Origin: an uncultured Actinomycetes bacterium
GTDB taxonomy: Bacteria; Actinomycetota; JAICYB01
Reading direction: 5' to 3'
Length of the DNA: 64,000 nucleotides
Assembly: GCA_964560135.1 (NCBI GenBank)
Contig: CAZLKN010000007.1
Span: 8,418 to 72,417 of the forward strand
The notes beneath the pieces are model-generated. The model worked only from the letters and a program-made list of their open reading frames with translations. It was not told where the DNA came from and made no database searches. The stretch's first letter is position 1, and each line of letters opens with the position of its first letter. A program made the translations under genes and the position numbers. Shown here piece by piece: positions 25,750-35,436 of the stretch.

Positions 25750-26796
25750 GTGGGCGCTAGCATCGTCAGGGTGTGGCGGCCCGGGTCGAAGCGTCTGCTC
25801 GTCGTCACCGCCCTGGTGGCGGCGATGGCCTCCGGCCTGCTACCAACCCCCGTGGACGAATCGTCCCCCGCCGTCGCCGGGTCCGGCGGCGGCACCGTGA
25901 GCACACCGGCTCCACGGACCGACGAACAGTTGCGGCGGTCCGGTGCCAACGAGCTGGGCCGGGTGATCGTCATGGAGTGGCATGACCTCACGGACTCCGA
26001 CGGCCGATGGAGCCTCTCACGGGACAGCTTCCGCCGCCAGCTGGAGGAGCTCTACCGGCGCGGATACCGTCCGGTGACCGTAGCGGAGTTCATCGAGGGA
26101 ACCTTCCCGATCCCCGCGGGGACGACGCCGGTGATCCTCACCTTCGACGACTCGTTCCGCTCCCATCTGTTCTTCGACGAGCGGGGTGACCCTCATCCCG
26201 ACTCCGCCGTCGGCATCCTCGAGGATTTCTCGCGCCGCCACCCCGACTGGCGCGCCACCGCCGCGTTCTACATCTTCTGGCCTCGCCCCTTCCGGGAGCG
26301 CGGACTCGTGGAACACAAGCTCCGCTGGCTGGTGCGCAACGGGTACGAGCTCGGCAACCACAGCTACAACCACGACGACCTCAGGATCATGACCGACCAG
26401 GAGGTCCGTCGATCACTCGGGTCGTTGCAGGCCCGGGTGGCCGAGGTCGTTCCGGGCTACCGGATGCGCAGCTTCGCCCTCCCGTTCGGGATGTGGCCCG
26501 ATCGCCGGGAGCTCGCACGGGAGGGAGAGTGGCAGGGCACGCGGTACCGGCATGAGATCGTGCTGCTCGTCGGGGACATGCCCACGCTGCCGCCCACCCA
26601 TTCGGACTTCGACCCGATGCAGGTGATGCGCGTCCAGGCCTACCCGCCCGAGTTCCGGAAGTGGACCGACTGGATGGATGCCGATCAGGCACGCCGGTTC
26701 GTGTCCGACGGCCACCCCGGCGTGACCACCTATCCGCGGTCGCTCGCCGACCAGGCCGCGGTCGGTGTGCGGCCGGTCCGCGTCTACGACGACTGA
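25750..26796 (+). CDS. Polysaccharide deacetylase (NodB-homology) family protein, exported
   Basis: Hydrophobic N-terminus LLVVTALVAAMASGLL. NodB motifs ILTFDDS and GNHSYNHDD. Confidence 0.75.
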   Translation: MGASIVRVWRPGSKRLLVVTALVAAMASGLLPTPVDESSPAVAGSGGGTVSTPAPRTDEQLRRSGANELGRVIVMEWHDLTDSDGRWSLSRDSFRRQLEELYRRGYRPVTVAEFIEGTFPIPAGTTPVILTFDDSFRSHLFFDERGDPHPDSAVGILEDFSRRHPDWRATAAFYIFWPRPFRERGLVEHKLRWLVRNGYELGNHSYNHDDLRIMTDQEVRRSLGSLQARVAEVVPGYRMRSFALPFGMWPDRRELAREGEWQGTRYRHEIVLLVGDMPTLPPTHSDFDPMQVMRVQAYPPEFRKWTDWMDADQARRFVSDGHPGVTTYPRSLADQAAVGVRPVRVYDD

Positions 26797-26797
26797 A

Positions 26798-28252
26798 TCA
26801 GCCGTCCTCGTCCTCGGCCGCCCGAGCGTCGTCCGAGAGCCGGATCGCCTCCTCCACGGTGCGGGCGGGCTCCAGTCCACGGGCGCGTCCCCACCGCTCG
26901 AGCTCGGCGTAGGCCTCCTTGCGCCCCATGGGGCCCTGCTCCAGCCGGAGATCCAGCAGGAACGTCAGAGCCTCCCCAACGATCCGGGAGGGCTTGAGGT
27001 CGTAGAACGCCATCACGTCGTGGCCGTCGAGCGGCGGCTTGATCTTGGACAGCTCCTCACGCTCGGCGAGATCGGCGATGCGCTCCTCGAGTTCGTCCAT
27101 CCGCTCCTGCAGGCGCCGCGCCTTGGCCCGGTTGCGTGTGGTGCAGTCCGCTCGGACCAGGGCGTTGAGTTTGTCCAGGAGCTCGCCGGCGTCGCGCACG
27201 TACCGTCGCACGGCCGAGTCGGTCCAACCGCTGCGGTAGGTGTGGAATCGCAGATGCAGGAACACGAGCCTGCTCACGTCGTCGACGACGTCGTTGGGGT
27301 ACCGCAACTCCCTCATCCGCTTGGTGGTCATCCTCGCCCCGACGACCTCGTGGTGGTGGAAGGTGACCCCGTCGGGGCCGAAGGCGCGCGTGGCGGGCTT
27401 GCCGATGTCGTGGAAAAGGGCCCCGAGCCGCAGGACCGGGTCCGGGGGCACGCCCTCGATGACCGCGAAGGTGTGCTGGAGGACGTCCTTGTGCCGGTGG
27501 ATGCTGTCCTGCTCCATCGCCAGCTGGGGCAACTCGGGGACCACATGCTCGGTCAGGCCGGTGGACACGAGCAGCTCGAGCCCCCGGGACGGACGCACGC
27601 CCACCAGCAGTTTGGTCAGCTCGTCGCGGATGCGCTCCTTGGAGACGATCGCGAGCCGGTCGCGCATCCCGTGGATCGCCTCGATGACCTCCTCGGCCAC
27701 CTCGAAGTCCAGGACCGACGCGAACCGGCACGCTCGCAGCATCCTCAGGGGATCGTCGGTGAACGCCTGTTCGGGGGAGCGGGGCGTACGCAGGACGCGC
27801 CGCGAGAGATCCCGGATTCCCGCGAACGGGTCGAAGACCTCTGCCGTGGGGGTTCGCAGGGCGATGGCGTTGACCGTGAAGTCCCGGCGTGAGAGGTCGG
27901 TCTCGATGTCCCTGGCGAAGTGGACCTCCGGCTTCCGGGAGTCCGGCGGGTACCATTCCTCACGGTACGTGGTGATCTCGACGCGCTGATCGCCGACAGC
28001 GGCACCCACAGTGCCGAAGCGCACCCCCTGGAGCCAGATGTGGTGTGCCCACCCCCGCAGGATCTCGATGACCTCCGTCGGCTTGGCGTTGGTCGCGAAA
28101 TCGAGATCGGGGGAGCCCTTCTGCATCAGGAAGTCGCGGACGGTCCCGCCGACCAGCCACGTCTCGTGGCCGGCGTCCGCCAGCCGTTGGCCGACCTCGC
28201 GGGCCAGTGAACCCTCGGGAACGAGCTCTGGGATGCGGGGGGCCTCGCTCAT
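26798..28252 (-). CDS. cca: CCA tRNA nucleotidyltransferase with HD domain
   Basis: LVGGTVRDFLM...SPDLDFAT nucleotidyltransferase head, HD-domain motif LFHDIGKP, 484 aa. Confidence 0.85.
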   Translation of the reverse strand: MSEAPRIPELVPEGSLAREVGQRLADAGHETWLVGGTVRDFLMQKGSPDLDFATNAKPTEVIEILRGWAHHIWLQGVRFGTVGAAVGDQRVEITTYREEWYPPDSRKPEVHFARDIETDLSRRDFTVNAIALRTPTAEVFDPFAGIRDLSRRVLRTPRSPEQAFTDDPLRMLRACRFASVLDFEVAEEVIEAIHGMRDRLAIVSKERIRDELTKLLVGVRPSRGLELLVSTGLTEHVVPELPQLAMEQDSIHRHKDVLQHTFAVIEGVPPDPVLRLGALFHDIGKPATRAFGPDGVTFHHHEVVGARMTTKRMRELRYPNDVVDDVSRLVFLHLRFHTYRSGWTDSAVRRYVRDAGELLDKLNALVRADCTTRNRAKARRLQERMDELEERIADLAEREELSKIKPPLDGHDVMAFYDLKPSRIVGEALTFLLDLRLEQGPMGRKEAYAELERWGRARGLEPARTVEEAIRLSDDARAAEDEDG

Positions 28253-28297
28253 GCCCCTAGCCTACGGGGGTGGAGACGGAGGCGGTCGGCGGTGGAT

Positions 28298-29371
28298 TCA
28301 GGCCACGCCGGCCTTCTTCAGGGAAACGCGGAAGTCGTGCGGGCTGGTAGCCGCGTGCAGCGCTTCCTCCATCGAGATCATGCCGTCGACGTACAGCTTC
28401 ATGAGGGCCTGGTCGAAGGTCTGCATCCCGTAGAACTCTCCTTCGGAGACGATGTCGGTGATCATCCGTGTCTCTGCCGGATCGACGATGCATTCGTGGA
28501 CCCGGCCGGTGTTGACCAGGACCTCGATGCCGGGGATCCGACCCTTGCCGTCCTTCCGGGGCAGCAGGCGCTGGGAGACGATGCCACGCAACGCTCCCGC
28601 CAGCGAATGGCGGATCTGCATCTGCTGGTTGGGCGGGAAGAACTCGATGATCCGGTTGACGGTTTCCATGGCGTCCACCGTGTGAAGCGTCGAGATCACG
28701 AAGTGGCCGGTCTCCGAGGCCGAGAGGGCGGCCCAGACCGTCTCCGGGTCCCGCATCTCACCGACGAAGATCACGTCGGGATCCTGACGCATAGCGTGAC
28801 GCAGGCCCTGCGAGAAGGATTCGGTGTCGGTACCGACCTCCCGCTGGTTCACCAGGGCCTGCTTGTCGGCGTGGAGGATCTCGATGGGATCCTCCAGGGT
28901 GACGATGCTGCACCGGCGCGTGGCGTTCACGTGGTTGATCATCGCCGCGCAGGTCGTCGTCTTCCCCGATCCCGTCGGACCGGTGACCAGGACGAGCCCC
29001 CGCGGTTCTTCGGCCAGGCGCTTCACGATCTCGGGCAGGTGGAGTGCGTCGAGCACCGGCGGCGCCGGAAGCACCCGCCGGAAGACCATCCCGAGCGATC
29101 CGCGCTGACGGAAGACGTTCACGCGGAACCGGCCCATCCCGGAGACCGAGTGTGCGAAGTCGGCGCCCCCGGAGGATTCCAGCTCGCCGACCAGCTTCTC
29201 CGGAACGATCTCGGAGGCGATCCGCTCGGTGTCCTCGGGCATGAGCTTGGGGTGCTCGGTCGGGACGAGCTCACCGTCGAGCCTCATCACCGGCGGCTGG
29301 TTGACCTTCAGATGAAGGTCGGAGCCTCGCCGGTCGACGAGTTCTTTGAGGAAATCACTGAGGTCTGGCAT
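28298..29371 (-). CDS. pilT: Type IV pilus retraction ATPase PilT family
   Basis: GSDLHLKVNQPPVMRLDG, Walker A GPTGSGKTTT, Asp/His boxes (VGEMRD, TLHT), 357 aa. Confidence 0.85.
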   Translation of the reverse strand: MPDLSDFLKELVDRRGSDLHLKVNQPPVMRLDGELVPTEHPKLMPEDTERIASEIVPEKLVGELESSGGADFAHSVSGMGRFRVNVFRQRGSLGMVFRRVLPAPPVLDALHLPEIVKRLAEEPRGLVLVTGPTGSGKTTTCAAMINHVNATRRCSIVTLEDPIEILHADKQALVNQREVGTDTESFSQGLRHAMRQDPDVIFVGEMRDPETVWAALSASETGHFVISTLHTVDAMETVNRIIEFFPPNQQMQIRHSLAGALRGIVSQRLLPRKDGKGRIPGIEVLVNTGRVHECIVDPAETRMITDIVSEGEFYGMQTFDQALMKLYVDGMISMEEALHAATSPHDFRVSLKKAGVA

Positions 29372-29433
29372 CGCTCCTTCCTATCGGCTCCCATGGTGCC
29401 CCGCTGAAGGGGATGAGGAAAGACGTCGCCGGA

Positions 29434-30462
29434 TCATCCGAGCTCGGCGCGAACCGTGGCTGCGCGCTCCACCCACCGGTCCGCATCGGCTGAGCCGATC
29501 GTAACCTCCAGCTCCTCATCCGGAACACCCACGGGTGCGGACTCGCCGATCAGCGCCGATACCGTCGCCGCAGCCGACCAGCGGAGCGCGTCGAGGTCGT
29601 AGCCACCCTCGAGGACGACGACCGGACCGCGCCCGAGGGCGCCGATCATCCGCGTGAAGCGGAAGAACGCGCCCGCCCGGAGACGCATCATGCATAGCGG
29701 ATCGCGCTCGTGGGCGTCGTATCCGGCGGACACGCAGACGAGGTCCGGGGAGAAGCGTTCCGCTTCCGGCAGGACGAGATCCTCGAGGGCCCGGCGGTAG
29801 GTGTCCTCGCCGGTTCCTGCAGGCAGGGCTACGTTCATCGTCGTCCCGCCTCCGGCGCCCTCACCGGTCTCCGTGACATCGCCGGTTCCCGGGTACCAGG
29901 GGTACTGGTGCAGCGATACGTACAGGACGTCGCCGTCCTGCCAGAAGATGTCCTGCGTCCCGTTGCCGTGATGGGCATCCCAGTCCAGGATCAGGACCCG
30001 GGACGCCCCGCCCGATCGGATCGCCCAGCGCGCCGCCACAGCGACGTGGTTGGTGAGGCAGAAGCCCATGGGGCGGTCGCGGGTGGCGTGATGGCCGGGT
30101 GGGCGCATGAGCGCGATACCGGCATCCCAGGTGCCGTCCAGCACCAGGGCGGCGGCGTCCACGGCGGCCTGCGATCCACGCTGGGCCGCCTCGAGACTCA
30201 CGGGGCCCATGCCGGTGTCCCGGTCCAGGCGGCCGCCGCCTTGGCCGTCCAGCCGCTCCAGGACGTCCAGGTGGCCGGGGTCGTGCACGAGCTCGAGGGT
30301 CTCACGCTCGGCGGGTGCCGGCTCCCGGTGCTCCAGACCCTCCCATAGGCCCACGCGCGCGAGATGATCGAGGATCGACCGGAGCCGGTCGGGACGTTCG
30401 GGATGCCCGGGCCAAGCCTCGTGGGCGACCCCGCATGGATGGGTGATGGCGCCGACCCGCAA
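29434..30462 (-). CDS. Histone deacetylase / acetoin-utilisation (AcuC-like) family deacetylase
   Basis: HPERPDRL, PPGHHA and DWDAHHGNGTQDIF motifs. Confidence 0.85.
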   Translation of the reverse strand: MRVGAITHPCGVAHEAWPGHPERPDRLRSILDHLARVGLWEGLEHREPAPAERETLELVHDPGHLDVLERLDGQGGGRLDRDTGMGPVSLEAAQRGSQAAVDAAALVLDGTWDAGIALMRPPGHHATRDRPMGFCLTNHVAVAARWAIRSGGASRVLILDWDAHHGNGTQDIFWQDGDVLYVSLHQYPWYPGTGDVTETGEGAGGGTTMNVALPAGTGEDTYRRALEDLVLPEAERFSPDLVCVSAGYDAHERDPLCMMRLRAGAFFRFTRMIGALGRGPVVVLEGGYDLDALRWSAAATVSALIGESAPVGVPDEELEVTIGSADADRWVERAATVRAELG

Positions 30463-30720
30463 TCTTCCTCCTGTCCTCGACCGCCAGCGAGCTTACCCGC
30501 AAGAGCGCTGAGAGCCCTCCCCCCCGGGTGGCATACTGGGCTCCGCCATGGCGCCCCTCCCCCCCGCCGACCGCCCCCACGACCCGGCCCGTGCCCGGTC
30601 CGTGGGCGCCATGCACCACGGGCGGAGGACGCGCCCGGACAAGCTCCGCATCCCCGGCCGGGATCGGTGCCGCCACGACGACGAGGTGGGAGAGAGTGCC
30701 GCCGAGCGGACCGCCACATC

Positions 30721-31476
30721 GTGAGGACCCTGCTCGCCGCACTCATCGGGTTCGGCTCAGGCGTCGCTTCGGGGGCATTCGGCATCGGCGGCGCGCTGCT
30801 GTCCACTCCGGGGATCAGGGTGCTACTGGCGACCCCGGCGATGACCGCGGTCGGAACGACCCTCCCGGTCATCGTGCCCACCGCGATGGTGGGACTGATG
30901 GCCTACATCCGCGGCGGTCACGTGCGGTTCAAGCTCGCCGCCGTCGCCGCGGCCGCAGGTGGGGTGTCCGCGGTGCTCGGCGCTTACACGACCGAGTACC
31001 TCGAGGGAGAGCTGCTGCTGATCCTCACGGCGGGGCTGATCTTCGTCCTGGCACTTCGCATGCTCCCGGCGAAGCCGAGTTTGAAGCCGCCCCGCATTCC
31101 CCAGACCGTGCCGGTGTACCTCGCCGTCGGCGCCGTCTCCGGGTTCTTGTCCGGACTGCTCGGGCTGGGTGGAGGGCTGATCCTCGTGCCCGCGTTCACC
31201 GTGTTGTTCCGGCTGCCCGTGAAGACGGCACTCGGCACCTCGCTCGCCGTCGTGGCCGCCCAGGCCATCCCCGGCACGGTGGTCCACAGCACGCTCGGCA
31301 ACATCGACTGGAGGATCGCCGGGGGGCTGTTCATCGGCGTGGTCCCGGGGGCCAGGATCGGCTCGAAGCTCGCCGTGGCCGCCGAGGACACCAAACTGCG
31401 CCTGCTGGTGGGCCTCGGAATGGCCGTCCTCGCCCTAGCGTTCGGGCTCGGAGAGGTCCGCGAGCTCCTCAGATGA
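30721..31476 (+). CDS. TauE/SafE-family anion exporter (membrane)
   Basis: Trimmed to GTG at 30721. Two GxGGxLL-type repeats (GAFGIGGALLSTP and LLGLGGGLILVPA), about 8 TM segments. The start is uncertain because no good SD is present. Confidence 0.65.
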   Translation: MRTLLAALIGFGSGVASGAFGIGGALLSTPGIRVLLATPAMTAVGTTLPVIVPTAMVGLMAYIRGGHVRFKLAAVAAAAGGVSAVLGAYTTEYLEGELLLILTAGLIFVLALRMLPAKPSLKPPRIPQTVPVYLAVGAVSGFLSGLLGLGGGLILVPAFTVLFRLPVKTALGTSLAVVAAQAIPGTVVHSTLGNIDWRIAGGLFIGVVPGARIGSKLAVAAEDTKLRLLVGLGMAVLALAFGLGEVRELLR

Positions 31477-33380
31477 GAGTCCTGGGGATGAGAGTCCTGT
31501 CCGCGACCGCCGTGCTGGTGATCCTCGGAACCGGCGCCCTTCCGGCGGTCGCGCAGCCCGCAGAACCCGAGGTGCGGCTGCAGGTGGATCTGGTGCGTCC
31601 GTGGTTCGGCCCGGACGCCCCTCTGGTGATCGAGGTGGAGGTCCACAACGACGACCAGACGACCCTGGGTGACCTCCGCGTCGGGGTCGCGCTCTACCAG
31701 CGTGTCCGCAGCCGCACCGAACTGGAACGCGTCTTCGCCGGACGCCTGCCGCGCTCGCCGTTGGAGGCGGCCACCGTCCGCGTGGATCCGGTTCCCGCCC
31801 GCGGGAGCCAGGTCCTCCGGATCGAGCAGACCTTCGATGACCTGCCGGTCTTCGACGCCGTCCCCGACGGCCTATATCCACTGGTCGTGACCGTCCGGCG
31901 ATCGAGCGAGCCCACCACCGACGAGGTGGTCACGGCCGTGTCGCTGTTCACCGAGCCCTCTCCGGTCCCGCTGTCGGTGCTGCCCGTCATCGACCTGGCC
32001 CCCGGCCCCCTGCTCCGCCCGGACGGCTCGCCGGCTCCGGACGCCGGGCGCCGCCTCGCGTTGCTCCACCGGACGCTGGAGGGCCTCCCGGTCCAGGGGG
32101 TCCCCCTCGGCCTGTCCGTGAGTCCCCTGCTCCTCGAGGAGCTTGAGCACATGACCGCCACCCCACTCGCGGAGGAGGCGGTGGCGGCCCTGGCCGCGGT
32201 GCGCCGTGTGGCCCGTGGCGCGATGCTGTTGTCGGTCCCCCGGGTCCGCGCCGAGCTGCCGCATCTCGTCCGGACCGGCGACCTCACCCCGGAGATCGAG
32301 GCGGGACGTGAGGTGGTGCAGGCCCATCTGGGTGCGGCCCCCACCCCACTGATCCTCCCCCCGAACCTCGCCGTCGACGAGGCGGCCCTGGAGGGGCTGC
32401 CGGAAGCCGGGGTCACCGCCGCCCTCGTCCCGGGCAGCCTGTTCGGGGACACCGTCCTGTCGCCCGCCGACCCCGTCACCGCCGGCGATGTGACGCTCGT
32501 CCCCGTCGACGCCGGACTGCGGGACACGCTCGACGACCCGGACGACGACCACGCCACCACCCGGACCATCGCGCAGACGGCGATGCTGTTCTTCGAGAGC
32601 CCCGGCCGGGAACGGACGATCGCCGCGGTGATCGACTGGGACTCCGGACGTGCCGCGCGCTTCCTCATCGGGCTGCGCGACGCCCCCTGGGTGCGAGGCC
32701 TGTCCCCAGCAGAGGTTGCACACATGGACGCCCGCACCCGGACGATCCGACCCGGACGGGCCCCCGGAACGCCGCGGACCTACCGCGCAGCCGTGGAGCG
32801 GGCGGCCTCCGCCCTCCACGGACTCCGGGCCTTCACCTTCGAGGACAATCCCGTCCGCCGGCGGCTCGGGACGGCGTTGGCCGTTGCCAGATCCACGTCC
32901 TGGTGGGTGGACGGCTGGCCGGGTGCCCGCCGCTACGCCAACGGCATCGTGGAAGAAGTGGACCGTCAGCGGGAGCACGTCGGCGTCGGCGGAGCAGCCG
33001 TCACCTTCACCTCGAGGCGCGGCGAAGTGCCCGTGACGGTGATCAATGGGGCCCCGTACCCGCTTCGGGTCCGGATCGAGCTGACCTCGGCGAAGCTGCG
33101 CTTCCCGGAGGGCGCCAGCCGCGTCGTCGACCCCCTCGAGCCCCCGGGCGAGACCGTGGCCTTCCCCGCGCTGGCCGACGCCACGGGCACGTTCCCCCTC
33201 ACGATCCGCGTGTGGAGCGCAGACGGCCGGATACTCGTATCCGAGGAGGAGCTCCTCGTGCGATCCACCGCCGCCAACGTGGTCGCTCTCGTCCTCACGC
33301 TCGGGGCCGCGGGATTCCTGGTGGCCTGGTACGGGCGGCGCCTGCTGCCCGGACGCCACGACCCGTCCCGGTCTCCGTAG
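31473..33380 (+). CDS. Large exported protein with C-terminal TM anchor, DUF6049-like partner of murJ
   Basis: Trimmed to the ATG at 31473, which overlaps the TauE stop (ATGA). Signal peptide MRVLGMRVLSATAVLVILGTGALPAVA and C-terminal TM VVALVLTLGAAGFLVAWY. Lies immediately upstream of murJ, as Rv3909 does next to mviN (from memory). Confidence 0.6.
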   Translation: MRVLGMRVLSATAVLVILGTGALPAVAQPAEPEVRLQVDLVRPWFGPDAPLVIEVEVHNDDQTTLGDLRVGVALYQRVRSRTELERVFAGRLPRSPLEAATVRVDPVPARGSQVLRIEQTFDDLPVFDAVPDGLYPLVVTVRRSSEPTTDEVVTAVSLFTEPSPVPLSVLPVIDLAPGPLLRPDGSPAPDAGRRLALLHRTLEGLPVQGVPLGLSVSPLLLEELEHMTATPLAEEAVAALAAVRRVARGAMLLSVPRVRAELPHLVRTGDLTPEIEAGREVVQAHLGAAPTPLILPPNLAVDEAALEGLPEAGVTAALVPGSLFGDTVLSPADPVTAGDVTLVPVDAGLRDTLDDPDDDHATTRTIAQTAMLFFESPGRERTIAAVIDWDSGRAARFLIGLRDAPWVRGLSPAEVAHMDARTRTIRPGRAPGTPRTYRAAVERAASALHGLRAFTFEDNPVRRRLGTALAVARSTSWWVDGWPGARRYANGIVEEVDRQREHVGVGGAAVTFTSRRGEVPVTVINGAPYPLRVRIELTSAKLRFPEGASRVVDPLEPPGETVAFPALADATGTFPLTIRVWSADGRILVSEEELLVRSTAANVVALVLTLGAAGFLVAWYGRRLLPGRHDPSRSP

Positions 33381-34958
33381 ATGGACGAGGGGCGCATCTA
33401 CCGCGCAACGGCGCTGATGAGCGTCGGGACGGCGCTGTCGCGCCTGACGGGGATCATGCGCCTGGCGGCCATGGTCTACGCCCTCGGCGTCACGCAGACG
33501 CGCCTGGCCGACACCTACAACCTGGCCAACACCCAGCCGAACATGATCTACGAGCTGTTCCTCGGCGGCGTGTTCACCGCCGTCTTCGTGCCGATCCTGG
33601 TCGAGCTGCGGGAAGGCAACAGAGACAACTCCGCCCTGGTCACCGTGTCGCTGCTCGCCCTGGCGGCCGTGTCGGTCCTGGCGGCGGTGGGGGCCCCGGT
33701 GCTGATGCACGTCTACACCTTCCGCATCGCCGACCCGGCGTTGCGTGCCGCCCAGCACGAACTCGCGACCTTCCTGTTCCGCTGGTTCGCCCCCCAGATC
33801 TTCTTCTACGGCGTATCGGCGATGGCCGGCGCGCTGCTCAACGTCCGGCGGCGCTTCGGCCCTCCGATGTTCACACCGGTGCTCAACAACCTGATCTGGG
33901 GCGGGACCTTCCTCGTCTACGCACGGGCCTTCGCCGAGCAGGGACTCGACATCAGCCTGGGGGCCCGGATCCTGCTCGGTGCGGGGACCACCGCGGGCGT
34001 GGTCGTCCAGGCCGTTGCGCTGCTGCCCTTCCTGCGCGGTGAGCGGATCTCGTTCCGCCCCGACATCCGCGATCCGGCCGTGGCCCGTGCGCTGCGGATG
34101 TCCGTCTACGTCCTCGGGTACGTGGTGATCAACCAGATCGGCCTCTGGGTGGTCCTCACCCTCGCCAACGGCGTTCGCGGGGGGCTGAGTTCCTACCAGT
34201 ATGCGTTCATCTTCTTCCAGCTCCCGCACGGCCTGTTCGCCGTCAGTCTGATCACGGCACTGTTCCCGGATCTCTCCTCCGCCGCCGGCCGCAGGGACTG
34301 GGATGCCTACCGGAGGTGGTTCTCCTCGGGCGTGCGCGGCGTGGCCTTCCTGCTGCTCCCGGCGGCCATCGGATACGTGTTGCTCGCCGAACCGATCACC
34401 CGGCTGCTCCTGGCTCGCGGTGTGGCGGGCTTCGACGACGCCGACGCCGTCGCGCGCGTGCTTCGGTTGTTCGCGCTGGGCCTCGTTCCCTTCTCCCTCT
34501 TCCAGCTCCTCACCCGGTGCTTCTACGCTCTCCAGGACACCCGGACCCCGACGAGCCTCAACGCGGTTGCGGTAGGGCTGAACATCACGTTGAACCTCCC
34601 GCTGTTCTTCCTCCTCGGGGTCCCGGGCCTGGCCCTCGGGCACGCCGCCGCGTACACGGCCGGCGCGCTGCTCCTGCTCCGGGCATTGGACCGGCGTATC
34701 GGCGGTGGCCTCGCGCTCGGCGCACTCGGCGCGCCGCTGACCCGCATCGCCGCCGCAGCCGCGCTCATGGGGGCCGGGGTCTGGGTTGTGACCCTCGTCC
34801 TGCCGGCGATCACGTGGGTCACCGTCCTGGGCTCCGTGGGGGCGGGAGCTATACTCTATCTTGCGTTCTCGCAGGTCGCGGGCATCCCCGAACGGAGGAT
34901 CCTGCTGGGGTGGTTCCGGAGCGGCGGGGGACGGGCTCGCGCGGAGAAGGAAGGATAG
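33381..34958 (+). CDS. murJ: Lipid II flippase MurJ (MviN)
   Basis: N-terminus ...ALMSVGTALSRLTGIMRLAAMVYALG...ADTYNLANTQPNMIYELFLGGVF. About 14 TM segments, 525 aa. Confidence 0.85.
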   Translation: MDEGRIYRATALMSVGTALSRLTGIMRLAAMVYALGVTQTRLADTYNLANTQPNMIYELFLGGVFTAVFVPILVELREGNRDNSALVTVSLLALAAVSVLAAVGAPVLMHVYTFRIADPALRAAQHELATFLFRWFAPQIFFYGVSAMAGALLNVRRRFGPPMFTPVLNNLIWGGTFLVYARAFAEQGLDISLGARILLGAGTTAGVVVQAVALLPFLRGERISFRPDIRDPAVARALRMSVYVLGYVVINQIGLWVVLTLANGVRGGLSSYQYAFIFFQLPHGLFAVSLITALFPDLSSAAGRRDWDAYRRWFSSGVRGVAFLLLPAAIGYVLLAEPITRLLLARGVAGFDDADAVARVLRLFALGLVPFSLFQLLTRCFYALQDTRTPTSLNAVAVGLNITLNLPLFFLLGVPGLALGHAAAYTAGALLLLRALDRRIGGGLALGALGAPLTRIAAAAALMGAGVWVVTLVLPAITWVTVLGSVGAGAILYLAFSQVAGIPERRILLGWFRSGGGRARAEKEG

Positions 34959-34969
34959 ACCACACGTCG

Positions 34970-35359
34970 ATGCGTGAGCGGATCCGCACCGAGGACGGCC
35001 AGGTCTCCTCCTGGCTGATCAAGCTGATCATCGTGGTCGGCGTGGTCGGATTCGCGCTCCTGGAAGGGGGCGCGGTGGTGATCAACCGGATCCAGGCTCA
35101 GGATGCCGCGGGCCGGGCCGCCAGCGAAGCCGGGTTCGTCTACTCGAACAGGGGCGATGTGGACGCCGCCACCCGCCGGGCGACCGATATCGTCGAGCAA
35201 CTCGGCGCCGAGTTCGTCGGGCTGGCGGTCGACCAGGCAGACCGGGAGGTTGCGGTCACGGTCACCAAGACCGCGAACACCCGGCTGCTGCACCGGTTCG
35301 AACAAACCGCCGGCCTGACGGAAGCCGAGGTCACCGAACGGGCCCCCATGCGGGAATAG
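34970..35359 (+). CDS. Small membrane-anchored protein, unknown function (N-terminus faintly TadE/G-like)
   Basis: Trimmed to the ATG at 34970. One TM segment (WLIKLIIVVGVVGFALL) followed by VINRIQAQDAAGRAASEAG. Confidence 0.45.
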   Translation: MRERIRTEDGQVSSWLIKLIIVVGVVGFALLEGGAVVINRIQAQDAAGRAASEAGFVYSNRGDVDAATRRATDIVEQLGAEFVGLAVDQADREVAVTVTKTANTRLLHRFEQTAGLTEAEVTERAPMRE

Positions 35360-35436
35360 ACGCCGGGACACCGCCCGGTAGGCTGCTATGGGTACGCGCC
35401 GGTGGTCGGTACCGGAAGTCGACGAGAGACGGAGGG

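Noticed and set aside
31872-34643. 923-aa minus-strand ORF
   Set aside because: It lies antisense to the DUF6049-like gene and murJ. The product is an Arg/Gly/Glu-rich artefact.
34316-34969. Upstream two thirds of the 347-aa ORF overlapping the murJ 3' end
   Set aside because: It is out of frame with murJ and Arg/Pro/Gly-rich. Only the part from ATG 34970 has a TM segment and plausible composition.
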